From a virus, in IMG/VR virus record IMGVR_UViG_3300022602_000084, positions 3,133-67,132 of that record: a stretch of 64,000 nucleotides of DNA. One strand, 5' to 3'. The notes under the pieces were generated by a model. It saw only the letters and a program-made list of their open reading frames with translations. It ran no database searches and was not told the origin of the DNA. A program made the position numbers and the translations under genes. Below are positions 1 to 8,304 of this stretch, piece by piece (position 1 is the first letter of the stretch; the number at the start of each line of letters is the position of its first letter).

Positions 1-2
1 GT

Positions 3-1481
3 TATAGGATTGAACGTGGACGTAAACCAAACATAATGCGGTTCTTTGTTGGTAATACCGAACGCGAGATAACCGACGAAGCACAAGGCGATAGCAGAGA
101 AACGCAGGCCGAAATAGAACGTATGCTGGGCATGACGCACGAGATGTTCAAACACATTGTGGCACTAAACACTTATACTGAACCATTTTTGTCACTCAAG
201 GCAAACGATCAAAGAACTATTATTGAACAGTTGTTGGGCATTACGCTACTCAGCGAAAAGGCAGAATCACTCAAAGAACAAATCAAAGCCACTAAGGATG
301 CTATAACACAGGAAGAATTTAGAATCAAGGCAGTCACTGATGCCAATGCACGTATACAAGAACAAATAGAAAATCTCAAACGCAGACAAACACTGTGGCT
401 TAAAAAACATGACGAAGATTTAGATAAATTGGTTGCGGCTTTTGACGAACTAAATGCACTAGATATTGAGGCCGAACTAGTCGCCCATCAAAAATTAAAC
501 GACTACAACAAGAAAAAAAGTGAAATAGACCGTATTAAAGGCTACATTGCACAGAACGAACGTGACCAAGCTCGAGAAGACAAAGAACTAAGCAAATTAA
601 AAGCCGAGTTAGAAGCACTACAAAAGCATCAGTGTCATGCCTGCGGACAAGACTTGCATGATGACAATCACGAACAGATGGTAACTGACAAGCAACACCA
701 AATCAGTAACACAGCTATCAATGCACTTTCGGCTAACACACAGTGGTTTCAAAATACCGAAACACTAAAAGCGCTAGGCGAGTTAGGCGACCCTCCTGAA
801 GTATACTATACCAATGAATCAGATGCGTTTGAACATAGAAGTAGTATGGGCAGTATTCTAGCACAATTAACCGCAAAGCAAGAAGAACTAGATCCTTACA
901 GTGACCAGATTAAGGACATGAGCGAACAAGCATTAGAAGATGTCAATTACGACTTAATGAACGAACTTGATCGAATTCGTCAACATCAAGAGTTTTTGCA
1001 TAAATTATTGACTAACAAAGATTCGTTTATACGTAAACGTATCATTGATCAAAACTTAAGTTATCTAAATGCACGTTTAGGACAATATCTAGATCGCATA
1101 GGATTACCGCATACTGTAAAATTTAACAATGATTTAACTGTAGCAATCAGTGAACTAGGCAGAGAATTAGACTTTGATAATTTATCAAGAGGCGAGCGTA
1201 ATAGGCTTATATTGAGTCTAAGTTGGGCATTTAGAGACGTTTGGGAAAGTTTGTATCAACCTATTAATTTGTTGTTTATCGACGAGTTGATTGACAGTGG
1301 ACTAGATGCAAATGGTGTCGAATCTGCGTTGGGTATACTTAAAAAGATGGCAAGAGACAGTAATAAAAGTATATGGTTAGTATCGCATCGAGAAGAATTA
1401 GCAGGACGAGTCCATAATACCCTACATGTGGTCAAAGAAAACGGATTTACTACCTATAACACCGATATTGAAATAAATTAA
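3..1481 (+). CDS. g46: SbcC/Rad50-like recombination endonuclease ATPase subunit (T4 gp46-like), 5'-truncated by the window edge
   Basis: Frame is open from the window start (YRIERGRKPNIM...). Coiled coil with CHACG zinc hook, ABC signature LSRGE, Walker B LLFIDE and H-loop LVSH. Confidence 0.93.
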   Translation, partial: YRIERGRKPNIMRFFVGNTEREITDEAQGDSRETQAEIERMLGMTHEMFKHIVALNTYTEPFLSLKANDQRTIIEQLLGITLLSEKAESLKEQIKATKDAITQEEFRIKAVTDANARIQEQIENLKRRQTLWLKKHDEDLDKLVAAFDELNALDIEAELVAHQKLNDYNKKKSEIDRIKGYIAQNERDQAREDKELSKLKAELEALQKHQCHACGQDLHDDNHEQMVTDKQHQISNTAINALSANTQWFQNTETLKALGELGDPPEVYYTNESDAFEHRSSMGSILAQLTAKQEELDPYSDQIKDMSEQALEDVNYDLMNELDRIRQHQEFLHKLLTNKDSFIRKRIIDQNLSYLNARLGQYLDRIGLPHTVKFNNDLTVAISELGRELDFDNLSRGERNRLILSLSWAFRDVWESLYQPINLLFIDELIDSGLDANGVESALGILKKMARDSNKSIWLVSHREELAGRVHNTLHVVKENGFTTYNTDIEIN

Positions 1482-1516
1482 TTTAATCATGGCACAATCT
1501 ATCATAACTATATTAC

Positions 1517-1951
1517 ATGACATGGCTTTATCAAGGCAACCCCGTAGACAATCTCCCAGAGGACTCTGTGGGATTTGTCTACATTATTACAAATAATCTA
1601 TCTGGCAAAAAGTACATAGGCAAAAAACTAGCGAAATTCGCGAAAACCACTTATAAAACTGTAAAACTCAAAAACGGCACGAAGAAGAAAAAGAAGATAC
1701 GCAGCAAAATCGACAGTGATTGGCGTGATTATTATGGCTCAAACGACGAACTCAACCGAGACGTCAAAACTCATGGCACCGAAAACTTTACCAGAGAAAT
1801 ACTCTATTATTGCAAGAGCAAGGCTGAATGTAGTTACATTGAAGCACGTGAACAGTTCACAAACAAAGTATTAGAAAGTACAGATTATTATAACGGACAC
1901 ATACAGGTCCGTGTGCATGGCTCCCATATACTAAACAAACTCAACGGATAA
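1517..1951 (+). CDS. Small GIY-YIG family nuclease
   Basis: GFVYIITN...KKYIGKK motif, YYGS, conserved Glu helix (SYIEAREQF) and C-terminal YYN. Confidence 0.8.
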   Translation: MTWLYQGNPVDNLPEDSVGFVYIITNNLSGKKYIGKKLAKFAKTTYKTVKLKNGTKKKKKIRSKIDSDWRDYYGSNDELNRDVKTHGTENFTREILYYCKSKAECSYIEAREQFTNKVLESTDYYNGHIQVRVHGSHILNKLNG

Positions 1952-1954
1952 CGA

Positions 1955-2310
1955 CTCGCACAGGTCTTAAAACGTGTGCCTAGCGACAACCGGATAATAA
2001 CGGGGACGGAAGACTCTGCGCCGTACAGAGCACTCAATCACTATCCTTAACCGGACGAAGATCACCAATTGCCGTGATTTGATTGTTTGAAGTAAAAGAT
2101 TAAAGGCTAAAAAGACGCACTAGTGATAGTGCACGTTTATATAGTATGTTAGCGTATACGATATAAATCGCCGTTGTTATAAGAACGCTGCTCGAGGTAC
2201 CGGACAACCGCCTCTGTAATGCAGTAACGCTAGTGATTGCTACACTCGGATGAAGCTTTCTTTTTGCCCTGTGCGGGCAAAGAGTGACTGCGTTATCTGG
2301 ATGAAACTAG
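1955..2310 (+). ncRNA. Candidate large structured noncoding RNA of unknown class
   Basis: No credible ORF. More than 10 nested helices, including a 10-bp long-range stem 1994-2003/2171-2180, a GNRA-capped GCACTA-GTGA-TAGTGC hairpin, and G-U pairs that favour the + strand. Confidence 0.6.
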
Positions 2311-2402
2311 TACAACTTCGTTGTAAATCATTATATGTGTAATGCTCTAAAGAAAACATGTTCTGAGCTGCAAAGCGAAAGAACAGATGTACGTAGTACA
2401 TC

Positions 2403-2639
2403 TTAGAAGAAGGGAAGTCCTGACTCCTTGGTGGTTTCCATGTTTTTCTTGATAATACCTCCAATGATTTCGCGTTCTTGAAGGCTTAAGTTCAACGAGT
2501 CTTCGTAACTTAGCCCACCTCGCATGAACCAAATCATTCTCAACGCTTCTTCTTTTATGGCCCTTGACTCTTTATCGTAACGTTCTAATTCTTCAACGAT
2601 AGCGTCATTGTCTAGAGTTAAGAGCCGATTCCGAAAAAA
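2403..2639 (-). CDS. -1 frame extension of the gp26-like gene (gp51-like / tail-chaperone GT-like domain)
   Basis: 79-codon open frame (FFRNRLLTLDNDAIVEELERY...WFMRGGLSYEDSLNLS...KESGLPFF*) absent from the ORF track, entered at slippery T_TTT_TTC (2639-2633). Confidence 0.7.
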   Translation of the reverse strand, partial: FFRNRLLTLDNDAIVEELERYDKESRAIKEEALRMIWFMRGGLSYEDSLNLSLQEREIIGGIIKKNMETTKESGLPFF

Positions 2640-3478
2640 TTCGAGTAGTCAAACTCCAATGGTAGCTGAAATTCCTTGGTACACGATGTACAGGCAATTC
2701 TTGGTGCTTTAATTGCACCTTCGCGATTGAGTTCGGCCAGTCGTTCTTGAACCAACTTGGTGATTTTGCCGTCGGTGTTTTCGTAAAACTCGCGTATGTG
2801 TTCGGGTTTGGCGACTCGCGAACCATCGTCGAGTTCGATGTATTCGGTGCTGCTGGTAACAATGTCCAAGCCAATGTCTACCAGCACACCCATGCTTCGA
2901 TTAATTTGAGTGGCCTTGACCTCGAGGTCAAGTGATTCGTCGTTTAACGAATTCATGATTCGATTTTCTTCAAACGTGACCACGTTCTTTTTGTTGATGT
3001 TGAAAAACTGTTGCGGGCAGATTTTTATTTTTAAATCACCAACTTCGATCTTTTGCGAATAGTCGGGAGTGACTATGTTGTTCAATACCTGTTGCAAATC
3101 AACGGTGTTGTTGTTTTCAGAGTTACAGTGCGGACACAAACTGTCCACATCCATGTCGTTTTTGTAGCTGGCAATGCGTATACCGATCAAGACAGCATCA
3201 ATATCGATACTGGGCATTTTCCAAGGATCCACGATACTGGGGCAACAACTGTGCACGATTTCCACAATGCTGCTGCCGTTCATGAGTGCATCGGGTGTGC
3301 GTAAGGTAATTTCGTCCCGTGCAGTCATGGGGTAAACTGGTATTTCTCCAGTAACCGGCAAATTGAGACTACCGTCGGGCCAATACTGTCCGTTTGACGG
3401 CAGTTTCATGTGAATTGCCGGTTGTCTAAAGTACTTGGCTAGTGGGTTTGCTTTTGCAGCCGATTGAGTATTTTCCAT
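2618..3478 (-). CDS. Baseplate hub / tail assembly chaperone protein (T4 gp26-like)
   Basis: LPSNG, PMTARDE, IDIDAVLIGIRIASY, CPHC and CTSC Cys pairs, ending in NFFG. Divergent from the tape-measure-like gene. Confidence 0.75.
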   Translation of the reverse strand: MENTQSAAKANPLAKYFRQPAIHMKLPSNGQYWPDGSLNLPVTGEIPVYPMTARDEITLRTPDALMNGSSIVEIVHSCCPSIVDPWKMPSIDIDAVLIGIRIASYKNDMDVDSLCPHCNSENNNTVDLQQVLNNIVTPDYSQKIEVGDLKIKICPQQFFNINKKNVVTFEENRIMNSLNDESLDLEVKATQINRSMGVLVDIGLDIVTSSTEYIELDDGSRVAKPEHIREFYENTDGKITKLVQERLAELNREGAIKAPRIACTSCTKEFQLPLEFDYSNFFGIGS

Positions 3479-3542
3479 AGTTGTAGATCCAATAAATATA
3501 ATTGATACTCGTATTTATAGTACAATATAACAGGAAAAATTA

Positions 3543-6191
3543 ATGGCACTAGATCCATCCGACTCAGCCATACTGGCACAGGCCGTTGCACAGGGCATGA
3601 AAGCCTACCACGAAGTGGGCGGGGCATCCGGCACCGGTAAAGGCAAATTTGTTACTGTTGCGGATCTATCAGGCAACGCCGAACAGTTCAAAAAGGCTCT
3701 GCAAAATCTCACACACAATGTCAAGGATGCAGCAGTAGCTTCAAAATCGGCCTTTAACGATGTGATCTCGGCCTTCAAGGGTGGTGCAGTGTCCATGATG
3801 GACAACTCGCATGAACTAGACAAACTCAACGAGGCACTCAAAGAATCACAAACCAACATGAAGTCGGCAGCAGCCGCCAACGATGCTGCCAACATAGCAT
3901 TGGAACAGAGTCGCCAAACCGAAATCAAGAAAACCAAGGCCGCCATAATTGGTATTCAAGTGGCTCAAAATTTGACCGCAGTCACTGCCGGGGTTATCAA
4001 TGCTTATGTTGATTATCAGTATGCCTTAAAGAGTCTGCAGTTAGACTACGAAGCTGCACTCATTGGCGGTAAATCGGCAATAGATACCTACACCGATACT
4101 GTCAAAGGTGGCATGGATGCACAGACCGAATTGCGAAGCAGTTTATACCAAGTGGAAGAAGCTGCTGGTGGTGCGGCATTTGCCTTGGGCTTGATGTTGC
4201 CGGGATGGGGCAAAATACTGTCGTTGTTGGGCCTAGCTTTATCGGCTTGGGCAGGAGTCAACGATCGCGATCAAAAGAAACAAAACGAATTTCAGAAAAA
4301 GAATCTAGAAAACCTACGTGCCGAACTAAACAAAACAATTGATTCTTACAAACTGATCACGGAATCGGGCGGAGCTCTTGCTGGCGGCATGACCGAAATG
4401 AACGTTCTTGCCATCAAGTCTGGGTATGGTGTTAAATTATTTGGCGAAGGGTTAAAACTAAGCCGAGACAGTATACAAAAATTGGGCATGAGTTACGATG
4501 ATTCGGTACAGTTGTTGTCTAGATTTGGACAAGCTCTGCATAAAGATTACAAAGCCGGCGGAGATCTTGCCATGCAATTGGACAAGTTGGGTTGGGCCGG
4601 CGAGCACCAAATTGAAATAATGGCCGAAGTATCGGCCAAATTGAAAATGTCCGGAGATGAAAGATACAACAACGAACAATTTGTCGCAGCACAAAGCGTT
4701 GAGTATGCCAAGACATTAAAAGTGATGACTTTAATAACTGGACAAAATGCCAAAGATGCACTCAAGAAGGCACAACAAGAATCCTTAGAAGCCGGCTTAT
4801 TTGCCAAATTTGGCGGTGTTAAAGGTGCAACAGATAAACTAACTCAACAGATTGCTCAAGCCGAAACTGGGTTGGGAGCTGGCTATAAAGCCATGTATGT
4901 GGATTATATGCGTCTAGGACGATTCCGTGGTGCAGCAGCCAATATAATTGCTGACTCGGTTCCGCAAATTAGACAAGAATTAGACTATCAAAAAGCACTC
5001 TTGAACGACACCACCAAAACTGCCGACGAGCAAAGTAAGTTATTATCTGAATCCAACGAGCGTATTAAATTGGGTATACGAGGATATACGGCACAAAATC
5101 AATCACAAATTGATGCCTTAGCTCAAGCCGAGCAAAGCAGCGGTACCACTAAAGAAATGCTGGAAATACTTAGTGGTGCAATACAACACAGTACCGGTGT
5201 GTACAAAGGCCAAGCAATTGACGCAGCAAAAATAGCCGAAACATCGGCGACCAACAAAGCCAAATTGGATGATGCAGTTGCTCGAGCACAAGAAAATCAA
5301 GTGCAGGCCTTTGCCGATATGGATAAAAAAATGTCGGCATCGGTTGAGGATTTTGCCCAAAACATTGCCGACACCAAGGGCGGATTTGATGCATTGTTGA
5401 CATCCATGGGAGCATTTGGCGATACACTAAATCCAAAGAGTATGTGGCAAAAGTTTGTGGACTATGCTAAAGGTTCTGGTGCAGCTACTGCACAAAGAAT
5501 GCATGACCTAGGTCATGGGCGTACCAATGTTGGCTTACAAAATGCCACTGTATCTGGTGGAGGTGGAGCAGCACCGCAGTTTCGCAGAATGACCGAAGGC
5601 GGTGCTGCTGGTGCTGCTGGTGCACCTGGAGGGGCCAGCCCAAGATCGCTAGCCGACATTATTTCATTTGGTGGCAATACTGGAGACGAAGCACATTTCC
5701 GCCAAGCCGATCCTGCGTTGCAAGGTGCGTTTGTTGCAATGGCTCAAGAATATTATGAAAAGACAAAGAAAAAACTTCACATCAACAGTGCTTTTAGAAG
5801 TTTGCAAGAACAAACTAATGTAGTATCAACGTCGGGAATGAAGGCCAAACCCGGACATAGTTTACACGAACGTGGCAAGGCATTAGACATTAACAGTAGC
5901 GAAGTTGCCGAATTATCGGCCATGGGCTTGTTGGAACGATACAAATTTAACACCTTAGCCGGAGATCCAATGCATATCCAAATGGCCGACAATGGTGCCA
6001 ATTTGGGAGTAGGCGACAGTGCTATTGTTGGTGAGATGGGTCCGGAAATTGTGTCCGGACCGGGATCGGTTACATCTAGATCGCAAACAAGTCAGGTGTT
6101 TGCTGAAATGACTAGAACACTGAAAGAAATCAGTAACACGCTCAAAAATAGCCACAGTGTGGCACGCAAAACTTTAAATGCAGTAGCCTAA
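3543..6191 (+). CDS. Tape-measure-like / baseplate hub protein with a C-terminal peptidase M15 (LAS) domain
   Basis: Long Ala-rich helical protein with a hydrophobic segment. INSAFRS...PGHSLHERGKALDI...DPMHIQ metallopeptidase motifs and VGEMGPE tail motif. Confidence 0.7.
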   Translation: MALDPSDSAILAQAVAQGMKAYHEVGGASGTGKGKFVTVADLSGNAEQFKKALQNLTHNVKDAAVASKSAFNDVISAFKGGAVSMMDNSHELDKLNEALKESQTNMKSAAAANDAANIALEQSRQTEIKKTKAAIIGIQVAQNLTAVTAGVINAYVDYQYALKSLQLDYEAALIGGKSAIDTYTDTVKGGMDAQTELRSSLYQVEEAAGGAAFALGLMLPGWGKILSLLGLALSAWAGVNDRDQKKQNEFQKKNLENLRAELNKTIDSYKLITESGGALAGGMTEMNVLAIKSGYGVKLFGEGLKLSRDSIQKLGMSYDDSVQLLSRFGQALHKDYKAGGDLAMQLDKLGWAGEHQIEIMAEVSAKLKMSGDERYNNEQFVAAQSVEYAKTLKVMTLITGQNAKDALKKAQQESLEAGLFAKFGGVKGATDKLTQQIAQAETGLGAGYKAMYVDYMRLGRFRGAAANIIADSVPQIRQELDYQKALLNDTTKTADEQSKLLSESNERIKLGIRGYTAQNQSQIDALAQAEQSSGTTKEMLEILSGAIQHSTGVYKGQAIDAAKIAETSATNKAKLDDAVARAQENQVQAFADMDKKMSASVEDFAQNIADTKGGFDALLTSMGAFGDTLNPKSMWQKFVDYAKGSGAATAQRMHDLGHGRTNVGLQNATVSGGGGAAPQFRRMTEGGAAGAAGAPGGASPRSLADIISFGGNTGDEAHFRQADPALQGAFVAMAQEYYEKTKKKLHINSAFRSLQEQTNVVSTSGMKAKPGHSLHERGKALDINSSEVAELSAMGLLERYKFNTLAGDPMHIQMADNGANLGVGDSAIVGEMGPEIVSGPGSVTSRSQTSQVFAEMTRTLKEISNTLKNSHSVARKTLNAVA

Positions 6192-6196
6192 TCTGC

Positions 6197-6204
6197 TATA
6201 AATA
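6197..6204 (+). promoter_or_regulatory. T4-type late promoter TATAAATA
   Basis: Exact T4 gp55 late consensus 24 nt upstream of the portal gene. The TAAATA core recurs before most structural genes. Confidence 0.75.
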
Positions 6205-6228
6205 TACTACTACAAGAGAAATATCACT

Positions 6229-7941
6229 ATGGCCGGCTGGAAAAAGTATTTTAAAACAAGCAATCTACCAAGCAACATCAGTCCCTTGGGCGGCGGACGC
6301 CAACCCGATCCCGGTATGCGTAACTACCAAAGTCAATTGCCCGAAGTGTATATTGGACATCCCAACCGTGTGGAACGTTACAATCAGTACGAACAAATGG
6401 ACATGGACAGCGAGGTCAATGCTGCCCTGGACATTTTGGCCGAGTTCATGACTCAAAAGAACGAAGACAATCACACCAGCTTTAGATTAAAGTTCAAAGA
6501 AACTCCCAGCGACAACGAAGTAAAAATACTCAAAGAACAACTGCAACAATGGGTCAGCCTTAACGAATTTAACAAGCGTACATTCAAGATTGTGCGTAAC
6601 GTGATCAAGTACGGAGACCAAGTGTTTATTCGCGATCCTGAAACATTCAAACTGATGTGGACCGAAATGAGCAAGGTTACCAAAGTGATTGTGAACGAAG
6701 GCGAAGGCAAAAAGCCCGAGCAGTACCTAATCAAAGACTTGAATCCCAATTTTCAAAATTTGACCATGACCGCAGTGGCCACAACAGACACCTACATGAA
6801 TCATCCACAAACTGGTGGACCCAGCGGTGCTTATGTGCAACCACAAACACCGTTTGGTGGTGGTTCGAGATTTAGTCATGCCAAAAACGAAGCAGCAATT
6901 GCTGCCGAACACGTGGTGCATATCAGTTTAACCGAGGGCCTGGATGTGTTTTGGCCGTTTGGCAACAGTGTGTTGGAAAACATTTTCAAAGTGTTCAAGC
7001 AAAAAGAATTGCTCGAAGATTCGATCATTATCTATCGTATACAACGTGCCCCAGAACGTCGAGTATTCAAAATAGATGTGGGCAACATGCCCAGTCACAT
7101 GGCCATGGCATTTGTGGATCGTATTAAAAACGAAATACATCAGCGTAGAATCCCAACACAATCGGGTACTGGTACCAATGCCAACATGATGGACGCCACC
7201 TACAATCCGTTAAGCCAAAACGAAGATTACTTTTTCCCAGTCACAAGTGAGGGAAGAGGAAGCAGTGTGGAAGTATTCCCGGGCGGTACCAACTTGGGCG
7301 AGATCACAGACTTACGCTTCTTTACCAATAAACTGTTCCGTGGTTTGCGTATTCCCTCAAGCTATTTGCCTACCACTGCCGATGATGGTAGCCAAGCATA
7401 CACAGATGGTAGAGTAGGCACTGCCTTGATACAAGAATGGCGTTTTAATCAATACTGTCAGCGTTTACAACAAATGATTTGCGAGGCACTGGACCGAGAA
7501 TTCAAATTGTTTATGCGTTGGAGAGGGTTCAACATCGACGGCAGTTTATTTGACTTGGCGTTTAACGAGCCACAAAACTTTGCACAATATCGTCAAGCCG
7601 ACATTGATGCTGCACGTATAGCTACATTTACACAACTGGAACAGTATCCGTATCTTTCCAAACGTTTCTTAATGAAACGCTATTTGGGCATGACCGAACA
7701 AGAGATTAGCGAGAACGAACAGGCCTGGGCCGAAGAACGTGGCGATGTAGAAACAGCACCGGCCGAAAATCCTGGACTACGAGGAGTTGGCGTGAGCCCG
7801 GGCGGTATACAGAGTGATTTAGACAACTTGGGCGGAGAAGCACCCGCAGGCGAAGCCGGAGCTGGTGTTGCCGAACCAGGTGCAGCCGGCCCTGGAGCCG
7901 GAGCCGGCGTCAATGCTGGTGCAGCGGCCGCTGGTCTTTAA
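6229..7941 (+). CDS. g20: Portal protein (T4 gp20-like)
   Basis: LLEDSIIIYRIQRAPERRVFKIDVGNMP, EDYFFP, PGGTNLGEITD, LRIPSSYL motifs. Confidence 0.96.
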   Translation: MAGWKKYFKTSNLPSNISPLGGGRQPDPGMRNYQSQLPEVYIGHPNRVERYNQYEQMDMDSEVNAALDILAEFMTQKNEDNHTSFRLKFKETPSDNEVKILKEQLQQWVSLNEFNKRTFKIVRNVIKYGDQVFIRDPETFKLMWTEMSKVTKVIVNEGEGKKPEQYLIKDLNPNFQNLTMTAVATTDTYMNHPQTGGPSGAYVQPQTPFGGGSRFSHAKNEAAIAAEHVVHISLTEGLDVFWPFGNSVLENIFKVFKQKELLEDSIIIYRIQRAPERRVFKIDVGNMPSHMAMAFVDRIKNEIHQRRIPTQSGTGTNANMMDATYNPLSQNEDYFFPVTSEGRGSSVEVFPGGTNLGEITDLRFFTNKLFRGLRIPSSYLPTTADDGSQAYTDGRVGTALIQEWRFNQYCQRLQQMICEALDREFKLFMRWRGFNIDGSLFDLAFNEPQNFAQYRQADIDAARIATFTQLEQYPYLSKRFLMKRYLGMTEQEISENEQAWAEERGDVETAPAENPGLRGVGVSPGGIQSDLDNLGGEAPAGEAGAGVAEPGAAGPGAGAGVNAGAAAAGL

Positions 7942-7962
7942 CCAAAAGGTTAAATACTTGAT

Positions 7963-8205
7963 ATGAACATTCTTGACCTATTTGAAGAATTTGAAAAGGC
8001 TCCCGAGGGCTATTACTCTGAGAAAGACGACAAGAGCACTCTTGATCTAGACAATAGTCGACAGACTCGTGTGACCTTTGACCACTTGCACCGCTTGCGA
8101 ATGAGTCATGATGTCAAAAAACTCGAGCACGAGAAAAAGCTGAAACAAACAGCAAAACAGTATACCCCGGCACCAGAAGGCGGTGCCGGCGGCATGGGTC
8201 TATAG
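7963..8205 (+). CDS. Small head-module hypothetical protein
   Basis: ORF between portal and core genes, directly after a TAAATA promoter. Confidence 0.7.
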   Translation: MNILDLFEEFEKAPEGYYSEKDDKSTLDLDNSRQTRVTFDHLHRLRMSHDVKKLEHEKKLKQTAKQYTPAPEGGAGGMGL

Positions 8206-8304
8206 TTATTCCCACCAAATCCTTCAAAAACACCCCATTTAACCCCAAAATCTGCGTAGTTAAGTAAATAACTACACAAAGCCACTTTATTAAAGGAATT
8301 TATT

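Noticed and set aside
1944-2305. CsrB/RsmZ-like sponge because of many GGA triplets
   Set aside because: Most are not ANGGA, and they fall in stems or junctions rather than hairpin loops.
2359-2385. Hammerhead ribozyme (CTGA...CGAAA)
   Set aside because: The CUGANGA core is incomplete and there is no third stem with a cleavage triplet.
2240-2532. ORF-track ORFs 2240-2464 and 2347-2532 (-)
   Set aside because: They overlap the more protein-like -1 frame ORF and the structured region, and have no RBS or motifs.
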